A stretch of 64,000 nt of DNA from Bdellovibrionota bacterium (GTDB lineage: Bacteria > Bdellovibrionota > UBA1018 > CAIPTA01 > JAALKR01). How positions within the stretch are numbered: the stretch's first letter is position 1; each line of letters begins with the position of its first letter. Both the position numbers and the translations under genes were made by a program. Positions 52,674 to 62,153 of this stretch are shown piece after piece. The notes under the pieces were generated by a model, which was not told where the DNA came from, made no database searches, and saw only the letters and a list, made by a program, of their open reading frames with translations. The DNA is taken from the NCBI GenBank assembly GCA_965207455.1, contig CBDBMJ010000001.1, forward strand, positions 1,536,001-1,600,000, written 5' to 3'.

Positions 52674-53150
52674 TTAACCTTTCCTGTATTGCTTAAGTGC
52701 TTGTTCCATTGATCTCTTTTCGTCCTTTTTTTTCATATCTTGACGCTTATCATGTAATTTCTTTCCTTGTCCAGACCCAATCTCCACCTTTACACGGCCC
52801 CGTGAGTAGTGGAGATTTAGGGCAACAATTGCCTTACCTTTTTCCTCCATTGCTACCCGTAGTTTTTTAATTTCTTTTTTATGGAGTAACAGTTTGCGTG
52901 TACGGAGAGGGTCGTGGTTATGGTGTCCTCCGTGGGAATAGGGTTTAATGTGCAAATTAGCTAGGAAGGCCTCACCATTTTTTATATATACATAGGCATC
53001 GGCAATTTGGGAAAATCCCTGACGAATAGATTTAGCCTCTGTACCCTGGAGAGCAATTCCTGCCTCGTAAGTATCCTGAATCTGGTAGAGACGATGGGCA
53101 TTTTTATTCGTGGCAATTATTTTCACTTTCCCTGTCTTCATCATTTCCAA
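52674..53150 (-). CDS. smpB: SsrA-binding protein
   Basis: N.KA...Y.I....EAGI.L.G.E.KS.R, RTRKLLLHK.EI, GKKLHDKR. Confidence 0.97.
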   Translation of the reverse strand: MEMMKTGKVKIIATNKNAHRLYQIQDTYEAGIALQGTEAKSIRQGFSQIADAYVYIKNGEAFLANLHIKPYSHGGHHNHDPLRTRKLLLHKKEIKKLRVAMEEKGKAIVALNLHYSRGRVKVEIGSGQGKKLHDKRQDMKKKDEKRSMEQALKQYRKG

Positions 53151-53160
53151 CCTTTCCTAC

Positions 53161-54012
53161 TCATAGTATACACTGGTCGAGCGCTTGGAATAGTCTGGCA
53201 ATTTCTTGAATCTCTAAACTTTCCGCTCTTCTCCTCCCATCAATATTTATTTTCTTGAGGGCTGCCAGAACGGGCTCATGGTTGGGAATAAAATGGCTCA
53301 ACTGAATGGAATTTTCCAACGTTTTTCGTCGGTAATGGAAGAGCCCCCTTAGGAGAGCCTCAAAATGGGGGTATGTGTGGGAGGTGAGAGCGACTAGGGG
53401 TTCTTGTCTGATTGTGAAATGGAGAACGGTAGACGATACCTTAGGTGGAGGGAAAAAAGCACTGGGAGGGAGATCCCCTACACTCTTTATGTGGAAAAAA
53501 TTCTGTAGTAAAATGCTAAGGCTACTGTATGCCTTGCTATGGTTGGAGGCTGCAATTCTTTGGGCCACCTCCTTTTGAAACATAAGTGTCATCTGTTCGA
53601 TACAATCCCTGTACTGGACCAGTCGCAGGAGAATTTCCGTGGCCATATTATAGGGAAGGTTGGACACAACGGTGAGTTTCTTAGCGCTTTGGGTTTTTTC
53701 CTGAATACTATGATAGTCGAAATGGGCTGCGTCCGCACACCAGCAAAAGAGATTCTTTGGGGCTTTCGATCCTGTGGTAATTTCTGCTTCCAATATTTTT
53801 AGCAAGGACTCATCTTTTTCAATCAGGCAAAGTATTTCTGCCCGGGCAGCCAGTGCATGGGTAAGGGCTCCCCGTCCCGGACCAATTTCCAATAACAGGG
53901 GAGTGGATGGGGGCACTTGGTGGACAATTTGTTCAATGGCGTTTGGGTCTTGGAGAAAGTGTTGACCCAGGGATTTTTTTGCTCCTTTATTTCTCATGCC
54001 TTTATTTCTCAT
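53161..54012 (-). CDS. rsmA: 16S rRNA dimethyltransferase
   Basis: KKSLGQHFL, EIGPG.G.LT, NLPY, MFQKEVA.R, F.PPPKV.S. Confidence 0.96.
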   Translation of the reverse strand: MRNKGMRNKGAKKSLGQHFLQDPNAIEQIVHQVPPSTPLLLEIGPGRGALTHALAARAEILCLIEKDESLLKILEAEITTGSKAPKNLFCWCADAAHFDYHSIQEKTQSAKKLTVVSNLPYNMATEILLRLVQYRDCIEQMTLMFQKEVAQRIAASNHSKAYSSLSILLQNFFHIKSVGDLPPSAFFPPPKVSSTVLHFTIRQEPLVALTSHTYPHFEALLRGLFHYRRKTLENSIQLSHFIPNHEPVLAALKKINIDGRRRAESLEIQEIARLFQALDQCIL

Positions 54013-55068
54013 TCAAAGTGGACCTTTTTTTTCTACTCTCGGTTGGGGACCCAACTGCCATTGTTCCTCTCCTTGGCAATATACGGAATGGTTGTAGAGA
54101 ACTGCGCCCATGGCAGCCACCATGGCTCCATTATCGGTGCAGTACTGTGGAGGAGGGATATGTAGTTGTATGGATGGATGGAGCACTTCGCGTAGCTTTG
54201 TCCGGATGCGTGCGTTTGCAGCCACCCCACCGGCTAGGATGACCTGTTGGTAGCCGTATGTTTTCACAGCAAGTTGGACTTTATTAACAAGCATATCTGT
54301 GATGGCTTCTTGGTAGGAGGCACAGACGTCCGAGGTATTTGCATCGGGATTTTTTTGGAGAAAATACAGCAGAGCTGTCTTGAGTCCACTAAAGGAGAAG
54401 TTCAGGTTTGCTTCTTGTTTGAGGGATCTGGGAAAAGGGATGGCCTTTGGGTTTCCGCCTTGGGCTGCTTGGGAAAGGGCTGGACCTCCGCCTGGGTGGG
54501 GAAGCTTTAGGAGTCGAGCCCCTTTGTCGAAGGCTTCTCCGGCGGCATCGTCGAGTGTGTGTCCCAGGAGTTTCCATTGCATAAAATCATCTTTGATTTC
54601 ATAGAGGCTGGTATGTCCTCCAGAAACAATGAGTCCGAGAAATGGCTCCGTTGTGGATAGTTTTCTATCTTCGTCCGAATCATGGTCCAGGAGAATAGCT
54701 GCAAGGTGGGCTTCCAAATGGTTTATGGGAATCAGTGGTATTCCCAGGCTATAGGCCAATGCCTTAGCTCCGTTGAGTCCTACGATAAGAGCGCCCACGA
54801 GTCCTGGGCGGTTGGTGACAGCAATGGCGTCGATATCTTGGTAGGTTTTTCCTGCGCGCTCCAGGCACAGTTGCACCACGGGCAGGAGATTTTCCGTGTG
54901 TTTGCGTGAGGCTAGCTCTGGCACAATCCCTCCCCAACGTCGGTGCACTTCTTCTTGATGGGCCGTGGCCTCGCCCAAGATACGGCAACCGTCTTGTACT
55001 AGGGCAGCAGCGGTTTCATCGCAGCTAGATTCTATTCCAAGGATGAGCGAGCTTTTTGTAGACATCAA
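54013..55068 (-). CDS. tsaD: tRNA N6-threonylcarbamoyltransferase
   Basis: LGIESSCDET, GGIVPELASR.H, NHLEAH, VSGGHT, DDAAGEAFDK, TDNGAM. Confidence 0.97.
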   Translation of the reverse strand: MMSTKSSLILGIESSCDETAAALVQDGCRILGEATAHQEEVHRRWGGIVPELASRKHTENLLPVVQLCLERAGKTYQDIDAIAVTNRPGLVGALIVGLNGAKALAYSLGIPLIPINHLEAHLAAILLDHDSDEDRKLSTTEPFLGLIVSGGHTSLYEIKDDFMQWKLLGHTLDDAAGEAFDKGARLLKLPHPGGGPALSQAAQGGNPKAIPFPRSLKQEANLNFSFSGLKTALLYFLQKNPDANTSDVCASYQEAITDMLVNKVQLAVKTYGYQQVILAGGVAANARIRTKLREVLHPSIQLHIPPPQYCTDNGAMVAAMGAVLYNHSVYCQGEEQWQLGPQPRVEKKGPL

Positions 55069-55148
55069 GACTTGTCATATCGTAGGATTGCTAGAATAGA
55101 AACCATGGATTTATTGAAAATCTTTTTATAAAGGGGTATACACAAGGC

Positions 55149-56135
55149 ATGGCACCGAACTCGCCTCCCAATTCTTCATCGTCACCTCGATCCCCCAAGG
55201 TTCTCCTATTTTCTGGGAGTTCCAATCGTCCTTTGTCCGAGAAGGTTGCCAAGAGCTTGGGAATATGTTTGGGGGACATGGATCTCCGTTGTTTTAGTGA
55301 CGGCGAAATTTTTGTGAAAATTAAGGAGAATGTGCGAGGGGCCCATGTGTATATATTGCAAAGCACCTGCACGCCTGTAAACGATCATTTGATGGAGGTT
55401 TTGGTTATTGCGGACACTCTACGCAGGGCCAGCGTGGGTAGTATCACGGCGATTCTTCCCTATTACGGATATGCTCGTCAGGATAGGAAGGTAGCTCCCC
55501 GAACTCCCATTACTGCAAAGTTGGTGGCCGATCTTTTAGTGGCAGCGGGGATTGGGCGCATGGTTTCCCTGGATCTCCATTCAGGGCAAATTCAGGGTTT
55601 TTTCAATATTCCTTTCGACAATCTTTTTACCCGTCCCGTGATGATGGATTATATTCGAGATCACGTGGCTGGCGAGGGTGATCTGGTGATTGTTTCTCCG
55701 GACGCTGGTGGTGTGGAGAGAGCCCGTGCGTATGCGAAAAAAGTAAATGCCAAGGTTGCAATGATCGACAAGCGTCGTACAGGCCCCAATGAGGCCAAGG
55801 CCATGCACTTGGTGGGAGACGTAAGGGGTTGTACTGCTTTTATTGTGGACGACATGGTCGACACAGCAGGAACCTTACTAGAGGGAGTGAGTTCCCTACT
55901 CAAGCATGGTGCTATAAATGTCTATGCCTGTGCTGCCCACGCAGTTCTCTCTGGATCAGCTGTGGAGAAAATCAATGCCTCTCCCTTAAAGGAAATTATT
56001 TTTACGGATACGATTCCACTGTGTGAGGAAGCGAGCAAAAGTGAAAAATTTAGAGTAGTGACGGTTGCTGGGCTGATAGCAAAAGCAATCGAGCGTATCC
56101 ATGCCAATGAATCGGTGAGTTCTCTCTTTGACTAA
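55149..56135 (+). CDS. prs: Ribose-phosphate pyrophosphokinase
   Basis: FSDGE, PYYGYARQDR, DLHSGQIQGFF, VSPDAGG, DDMVDTAGT. Confidence 0.98.
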   Translation: MAPNSPPNSSSSPRSPKVLLFSGSSNRPLSEKVAKSLGICLGDMDLRCFSDGEIFVKIKENVRGAHVYILQSTCTPVNDHLMEVLVIADTLRRASVGSITAILPYYGYARQDRKVAPRTPITAKLVADLLVAAGIGRMVSLDLHSGQIQGFFNIPFDNLFTRPVMMDYIRDHVAGEGDLVIVSPDAGGVERARAYAKKVNAKVAMIDKRRTGPNEAKAMHLVGDVRGCTAFIVDDMVDTAGTLLEGVSSLLKHGAINVYACAAHAVLSGSAVEKINASPLKEIIFTDTIPLCEEASKSEKFRVVTVAGLIAKAIERIHANESVSSLFD

Positions 56136-56146
56136 AAGGATCTCGA

Positions 56147-56713
56147 ATGAAATTAATTGCGGGCTTAGGTAATCCTACTGAAAAATACCGACTCCATCGT
56201 CACAATATTGGCTTTCAGGTATTGCAGTTTTGGGTAAGTCAGAAGAAAGAGCGCTTTCAAGAGAAGTCTTCTTTTTCAGGCATGGTCAGTAAGTTTTCTC
56301 TGGGCGACGCTCCCGTGATAGCTCTCCTACCTCTCACCTACATGAACCGATCAGGAGATGCGATACAAAAAACCATGGCTTTTTATAAAATTCCCATGGA
56401 GGACGTGATTGTTATTCATGATGAAGTAGATCTTCCTGCGGGCACTGTTCGGATTAAGCGCAACGGTGGGGCAGGAACCCATAACGGTCTTCGTTCCATT
56501 CAGCCGCTGGGGAGTGAGTACTTACGGATTCGAATGGGAATAGGTATGCCACCACATTCGGCAATGGATTTAAGTTCTTATGTGTTAGGTGATTTCTCCC
56601 AGTCGGAGCAACAGCACTGGGAGAAAAAATTTCCTGATGTCATGGAGATTTTAGAGCTTTGTATAACAGGAAAAGAGAAGGTAGCCATGAACCGCTACCA
56701 TGGAAAGGACTAA
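56147..56713 (+). CDS. pth: Peptidyl-tRNA hydrolase
   Basis: GLGNP..KY...RHNIGF, TYMN.SG, HDE.D, HNGLRS. Confidence 0.97.
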   Translation: MKLIAGLGNPTEKYRLHRHNIGFQVLQFWVSQKKERFQEKSSFSGMVSKFSLGDAPVIALLPLTYMNRSGDAIQKTMAFYKIPMEDVIVIHDEVDLPAGTVRIKRNGGAGTHNGLRSIQPLGSEYLRIRMGIGMPPHSAMDLSSYVLGDFSQSEQQHWEKKFPDVMEILELCITGKEKVAMNRYHGKD

Positions 56714-56717
56714 ATAA

Positions 56718-57818
56718 ATGGCTTTGAGTTGCGGTATTGTGGGGCTTCCGAACGTGGGTAAATCCACTATTTTTAATGCACTAACAAATGCGGGGGCAGC
56801 GGTGGAAAATTTTCCATTCTGTACGATTGAGCCCAACCAGGGTGTGGTGTTTGTGGAGGACCCTCGATTGACGGAAATATCCCGTCGAGTGGAGCCGGAA
56901 CGCACCATTCCTGCCATGGTTGAGTTTACGGACATCGCTGGATTGGTAAAGGGCGCTGCTAAGGGAGACGGTTTGGGCAACAAGTTTTTAAGTCATATTC
57001 GTGCCACAGCGGCTATTGTCCATGTGGTTCGTTGTTTCGAGGATGACAATATTGTTCATGTGGACGGCTCTGTGGATCCTGTGAGAGACACTTCCGTTAT
57101 CGACACCGAGCTTATTCTCGCCGACCTAGAGACGGTGTTGAAACGTAGGCGAGCCTTGGAAAAGGAAAAAAAGCGCAACCCCAAGGGTGTGGCAAGCAAA
57201 CTTTTGGTAGTGGAAAGAGTACACCGTACCCTAGAGAAGGGAGGGACTGTTCGTGCCTTAGGCTTGGACAAAGAGGAAGGTGCTTTGATTCAAGACCTGC
57301 ACCTGATTACACAAAAGCCTGTTTTGTATGTGGGAAATATAGAGGAAGATTGCGCACAAAACCCGGAGGAAAATTTGAATTTTGTAAAGCTCCACGAGTT
57401 AGCCACGAAAGAGGGCAGTGGGTGTGTGGCCATTTGTGGAAAGATTGAAGCAGAAATTTCAGAATTGGAGGACTCGGGAAAGGCAGAGTTTTTAGAATCC
57501 CTTGGTTTGAAAGAAGCAGGGCTTGCCCGACTCACCCGTAAGGCCTATGAACTATTGGGTCTGCAAACGTACTTTACTGCGGGAAAACAGGAAGTGCGTG
57601 CTTGGACGATCCATAAGGGAGACACGGCTCCTCAGGCAGCTGGTGTAATTCACAGTGATTTTGAGCGCGGCTTTATTAAAGCAGAGGTATACCATGTAGA
57701 GGATTTAATGGAGCATGGGACTGAAATTCAGCTGAAGAGTAAGGGACTCCTTCGAATAGAGGGCAAAGAGTATATTGTCCAAGATGGAGATATTATGCAT
57801 TTTCGTTTTAATGTGTGA
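56718..57818 (+). CDS. ychF: Obg-family ATPase YchF
   Basis: GIVGLPNVGKST, FCTIEPN, DIAGLV.GA..G.GLGN.FL, YFTAG..EVRAWT. Confidence 0.98.
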   Translation: MALSCGIVGLPNVGKSTIFNALTNAGAAVENFPFCTIEPNQGVVFVEDPRLTEISRRVEPERTIPAMVEFTDIAGLVKGAAKGDGLGNKFLSHIRATAAIVHVVRCFEDDNIVHVDGSVDPVRDTSVIDTELILADLETVLKRRRALEKEKKRNPKGVASKLLVVERVHRTLEKGGTVRALGLDKEEGALIQDLHLITQKPVLYVGNIEEDCAQNPEENLNFVKLHELATKEGSGCVAICGKIEAEISELEDSGKAEFLESLGLKEAGLARLTRKAYELLGLQTYFTAGKQEVRAWTIHKGDTAPQAAGVIHSDFERGFIKAEVYHVEDLMEHGTEIQLKSKGLLRIEGKEYIVQDGDIMHFRFNV

Positions 57819-57864
57819 TCTGTTGCCTTATTTCTGACTGCCGAAAAAAGGACCGGAAAAAGGC

Positions 57865-57898
57865 AAAAAAAAGGGGCTTGTGGGCCCCTTCTTCTTTT
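57865..57898. terminator. Bidirectional rho-independent terminator
   Basis: A-tract, AAGGGGC-loop-GCCCCTT hairpin and T-rich tract between convergent genes. Confidence 0.75.
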
Positions 57899-57911
57899 CT
57901 GTACTGTAAGG

Positions 57912-58400
57912 TTACTTACGAGCTTTTTTCGCTTTTCTTTTTTTAGCTTTCTTCTTTGTAGCTTTTTTCCTAGTTGCCGTCTTTTTTGTGGCTTTTTTTC
58001 TAGTAGCTTTTTTTCTAGTAGCTTTTTTCTTTGTAGCTGTTTTTCTTGTAGCTTTTTTCTTAGCTTTCTTTTTCGTAGCTTTCTTCTTTGTAGCTTTCTT
58101 TTTCGCTTTTTTCTTAGTAGCGGCTTTTCTTGTTGTTTTCGCTTTCTTTTTCGTTTTTCTCTTCTTACGTCCGCCGCCCTTTCTGGACATTGCTACACAA
58201 GATACGTCACCCACCTTGTCAATAAAGTATAGGAATCCGCTTTCGCGTTTCACCCCACATTTTACCAAGACCTCGGGCTTAGATTTCGACCCTGATCTAC
58301 CGCGTGCCATTTTCGTGCGCGCAATATGTCCTTTTTTGTCAATATAGTATAGGTATCCAGCTTCCCGCTTTACACCCGCTTTATACACTTTCTTTGCCAT
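57912..58400 (-). CDS. Basic histone-H1-like protein: tandem KRE.G.LY.IDK.G module plus K/A/T-rich tail
   Basis: GGAGG RBS before ATG 58400; two similar modules about 45 aa apart; about 80-aa tail of KKKAT/RKKAT pentapeptides. Confidence 0.8.
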   Translation of the reverse strand: MAKKVYKAGVKREAGYLYYIDKKGHIARTKMARGRSGSKSKPEVLVKCGVKRESGFLYFIDKVGDVSCVAMSRKGGGRKKRKTKKKAKTTRKAATKKKAKKKATKKKATKKKAKKKATRKTATKKKATRKKATRKKATKKTATRKKATKKKAKKRKAKKARK

Positions 58401-58598
58401 GGATTTTTCCTCCAAAAGGTTTATCTTTACTACCTAATCTGCCTTATGCGAACTAGGTTCTCCCAGCAATTTCTTACTGAAATTCTTTTATATGTTAATC
58501 CTAAGCTTAAAATATTAACCATCACAAGGTTTTTTTATAAGAAAATTATTTTTTTTCCCGATCTTGACCATTCTTTTAAGAAAGGATAGGAATATGGA

Positions 58599-59093
58599 AT
58601 GCAAGAAGACTCAAAAGAACCTCAGCTCCAGCCCGTTACGGTGAAGGGAAAGGCCTTCCTTGAGCGGGAGCTCAAGCGCTTGCTTTCCAAGGATCGCACG
58701 GCAGTTATTGCGGCTATTGAGGTAGCCAGAGCCTTGGGTGACTTAAAGGAAAACGCAGAATACCATGCTGCAAAAGAGCAACAGTCTTTGATCATGGCAA
58801 GAATAGACTATATAAAGGGTGTTTTAGGGAGTGCAGAGGTAATCGAACCATCGAGCCTTTCCCTCCCCCATATTGCTTTTGGATCCACCGTTACCCTCTG
58901 TGATTTAGATAAGGACGAGGAGGTTACGTATCAAGTTGTGGGGATTGACGAGTCGGACATAAAGAAAGGAAAACTCAGTTATAATTCGCCTCTAGCTCGT
59001 GCATTGATTGGTAAGCGAGTAGGGGATGAGGTTGGGGTGAAAACTCCAAAAGGGCATGCCAGTTACGAAGTCTCCAGCATCCAGTACATCTAA
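58599..59093 (+). CDS. greA: Transcription elongation factor GreA
   Basis: AR..GDLKENAEY..AKE.Q, FGSTV, S..SPLARALIGK. Confidence 0.96.
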   Translation: MQEDSKEPQLQPVTVKGKAFLERELKRLLSKDRTAVIAAIEVARALGDLKENAEYHAAKEQQSLIMARIDYIKGVLGSAEVIEPSSLSLPHIAFGSTVTLCDLDKDEEVTYQVVGIDESDIKKGKLSYNSPLARALIGKRVGDEVGVKTPKGHASYEVSSIQYI

Positions 59094-61269
59094 GAAAAAC
59101 TCGAAGAGTTTGGATATGCCCCTACAATACCTCAAGGGGGTGGGACCCAAGCGTGCTAGCCTCTTTGCTCGCAGGGGGATTTGTTCCCTTAGGGACGCAG
59201 CTTATTACTTTCCTTTTCGTTACGAGGACCGTCGCAAGATTCTTCTTCCCCATGAGCTTAGGGGTATTCCCAAGGGCAGCTTCGTGGTGGTGCAAGCAAC
59301 GGCCTCCTCTTTTCAAGAGACACCCCGGTATGGTCAGCGCTCAAACGTGTATGAGTTAGTGGCTACGGGGAAATCGGGTGTCCAGCAGCTTCGTTGTACT
59401 TGGTTTCACACCTATAAAGGTATGAAGGAGAAGATCCAAGCCTTGCTGGGGAAGACGATTATTTTTTCGGGCGTTCTGGATTTTTATCGAGGGATGCCAC
59501 AGATCACCCATCCAGAGATGGAGTCCACTGGAAAAACCTCTCTCCACTGGGGGCGAGTGGTACCTATTTATTCCTTAACGGAGGGTTTGGTGCAGAAGAA
59601 TGTTCGGGAAGTAGTGTATAAGGCGTTGCAGTTTTGCCTACCCCATTTGGAGGAAGATTTACCCGACGATCTGCGCACACGCCACGGTTTAATTCCTGTA
59701 CAGAAGGCAATCCAGGAGATGCATTTCCCCTCTAGCCTGCCGGAAACTACACAGGGACTCCAGCCCGCTGCCCACTATCGGCTCCTCTTTGAGGAGTTCT
59801 TCAAATTTCATTTGCTTCTACTCAAGGAGCGACGGGAGAGGACACAAGAGGCAGCGCCCAGTTTTATTATTTATGATCGGATAGCCAAGGGGGTTCGGGA
59901 TCGCCTTCCATTTTCCCTTACCAAGGGTCAGGAAAAGGCGATTGAGGAGATTCGCAGGGATTTAAAGAAAGCAGTGCCCATGCAGCGTCTCTTACAGGGC
60001 GACGTGGGTAGTGGAAAAACCCTCGTAGCTTTGCTTACTTTAGTGGAGGCTGTGGAAAACGGTAAGCAGGGGGCCTTGATGGTGCCCACAGAAACATTGG
60101 TAGAGCAGCACTACCAAACCATATCCAAGTTACTGGAAGGCACTTCTGTGCGTTTAGGCTTACTTAAGGGGAGCTTACAAAAAAAAGAAAAGGAGCGCGT
60201 ACAGAAGCGAATTGCCTTGGGGGAGTTGGATATTGTTTTAGGCACCCATGCTTTGATCCAAGAGGCAGTGGAGTGGAAGGATTTGGGGTTTGTGGTGGTG
60301 GACGAGCAGCAACGCTTTGGAGTGCACCAGCGGAGTGTCTTCAATCGAAAGAAATCCTGCGTGCCCCATATACTCACCATGACGGCAACGCCCATTCCCC
60401 GATCATTGGCCCTAACCGTATTTGGTCCCTTGCACTTGAGTGTTCTTTTGGAAAAACCTGCTAACCGTGGGTCCGTTATTACAAAAGCGATCTTGGGGAC
60501 TAATCGTCAGCGGCTATATAATCTTTTCCATAGGGAGGCCAGTGCTGGTCGACAGGGTTATTTGGTCTATCCGTTGATTGAGGATTCGGACAAGGAGGAT
60601 GGCAAGCAACGAGGAAAATCGGTTATGGAGGAGTACCATCGTTTAAAAGAGGGAGCGTTGAAGGGGCTACGATTAGGGGTGGTCCATGGAAAGATGTTGC
60701 CTGAGGATCGAGAGGTTGTGATGGGTCGTTTTTATCGGGGGGATATTGACGTTCTTATGAGCACCACCGTAATTGAATTGGGCATTGATGTTCCCAACGC
60801 TACGGTCATGGCAGTGGAGAATGGGGAGTACTTTGGCCTTTCCCAGTTGCATCAGTTACGGGGAAGGGTAGGACGAGGGGAGCACAACAGTTATTTTGTT
60901 TTGGTTACGGACCTTCCGGAGAAGGGGGAGCAGGTAGCAAATTCCTTTTTTTCTGAGGAGGCTCAAAGTGGAGAGGGGGCTTGGCAGCGGTTCCGGGCTT
61001 TAGAAAAATATGGCGACGGTTTTCGTATTGCGGAAATGGATTTAGAGCTTCGGGGACCAGGGAGTTTTCTAGGGCTTCGACAAAGTGGGCAGTTTGCTTT
61101 TCGTATGGGGAGTATTGTTGAGGACAAGGAGATTTTTGAGAAATCTCGTCTTGCAGCGTTGGATCTATGGGAAAAAGACCCCGACCTTACCAGCCCTGCC
61201 CACCAAAAATTACGATCTTTTTGTGAGCGTATTGTTTCTGAACTTGGTTATACTTTAAAAAGTGGTTAA
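59056..61269 (+). CDS. recG: ATP-dependent DNA helicase RecG
   Basis: KGVGP, RLLQGDVGSGKT, DEQQRFG, MTATPIPR, QLHQLRGRVGRG, DLELRGPG; the true start may be ATG 59116. Confidence 0.96.
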   Translation: MPVTKSPASSTSKKNSKSLDMPLQYLKGVGPKRASLFARRGICSLRDAAYYFPFRYEDRRKILLPHELRGIPKGSFVVVQATASSFQETPRYGQRSNVYELVATGKSGVQQLRCTWFHTYKGMKEKIQALLGKTIIFSGVLDFYRGMPQITHPEMESTGKTSLHWGRVVPIYSLTEGLVQKNVREVVYKALQFCLPHLEEDLPDDLRTRHGLIPVQKAIQEMHFPSSLPETTQGLQPAAHYRLLFEEFFKFHLLLLKERRERTQEAAPSFIIYDRIAKGVRDRLPFSLTKGQEKAIEEIRRDLKKAVPMQRLLQGDVGSGKTLVALLTLVEAVENGKQGALMVPTETLVEQHYQTISKLLEGTSVRLGLLKGSLQKKEKERVQKRIALGELDIVLGTHALIQEAVEWKDLGFVVVDEQQRFGVHQRSVFNRKKSCVPHILTMTATPIPRSLALTVFGPLHLSVLLEKPANRGSVITKAILGTNRQRLYNLFHREASAGRQGYLVYPLIEDSDKEDGKQRGKSVMEEYHRLKEGALKGLRLGVVHGKMLPEDREVVMGRFYRGDIDVLMSTTVIELGIDVPNATVMAVENGEYFGLSQLHQLRGRVGRGEHNSYFVLVTDLPEKGEQVANSFFSEEAQSGEGAWQRFRALEKYGDGFRIAEMDLELRGPGSFLGLRQSGQFAFRMGSIVEDKEIFEKSRLAALDLWEKDPDLTSPAHQKLRSFCERIVSELGYTLKSG

Positions 61270-61280
61270 TATAAAAGGGT

Positions 61281-62153
61281 ATGCTCAAAACAAATCGTAC
61301 CCAAGGTTATATCCGTTCCTTTGACCACCACCGTTTATTCTATTCCTGTGAGGGGCCGCCCAACGCTCCCGTGCTTTTGTTTGTATATGGCTTAATGTGT
61401 TCCTCGATTAACTGGAAATACCAGATCGATTATTTTAAAAAAAAGTACCGGGTTTTGTACTTAGATTTTCGGGGACATAGTCGTTCGGACACTCCTGAGG
61501 ATTTCTCCCAGGTGACTCTGGAGAATCTTACCAAGGATCTGGCTACCCTGCATGATGAGTTGGACTTAGGTCCCGTACCCGTATTGGGTTATTCTTTTGG
61601 GGTAAACGTGGCCTTAGAGTTCTACCGTATGTTTCCCAAAAAGGCGTCTAGTTTAGTGCTATTGAGTGGAACCCCTAAGGATCCGTTTGAAACCATGTTT
61701 CACCATAATTTCCTACAGGTTGGTTTTGAGCAGTTATCTAGGTTTTATTATGCGGCTCCTGAGCTGTTTTCTAAAATTTGGAAATTGCAGTCCTTGAACC
61801 CACTTTGTAAGGAGTTTATTACCCGGGTGGGTTTCGACCGAAAATTGGCAAAAAAAGCTGATATTGCAGGTTATGTGGAGACAGCGCTGGCCACAGATCC
61901 GGGGGTATTTATGGAGTTATTAGCCAGCTTTGTTGATTACGATGCTTGTTGTTGGCTATCTGAAATCAAGATTCCTGTGTTAATTATGGGTGGGGAGCGG
62001 GATATGATCATTCCTCCCATCAATCAAAAAATACTCCACAAGCTTATTTCAGGCAGTGAGTTGGTTATTTGGCCCGGTGGAAGCCATAGTGTACAAATGG
62101 AGCAGAAAGAAAAAGTAAATGAAAGAATTGAGGATTTTGTAGGAGCTCTTTAG
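61281..62153 (+). CDS. Alpha/beta hydrolase
   Basis: D.RGH.RS, GYSFG nucleophile elbow, G..D...P, G.H. Confidence 0.88.
   Translation: MLKTNRTQGYIRSFDHHRLFYSCEGPPNAPVLLFVYGLMCSSINWKYQIDYFKKKYRVLYLDFRGHSRSDTPEDFSQVTLENLTKDLATLHDELDLGPVPVLGYSFGVNVALEFYRMFPKKASSLVLLSGTPKDPFETMFHHNFLQVGFEQLSRFYYAAPELFSKIWKLQSLNPLCKEFITRVGFDRKLAKKADIAGYVETALATDPGVFMELLASFVDYDACCWLSEIKIPVLIMGGERDMIIPPINQKILHKLISGSELVIWPGGSHSVQMEQKEKVNERIEDFVGAL

Noticed and set aside
52674..53160. tmRNA next to smpB
   Set aside because: No intergenic space and no tRNA-like ends are present.
57988..58347. Hydrophobic 119-aa ORF on the plus strand
   Set aside because: It is the antisense shadow of the lysine-rich repeat gene.
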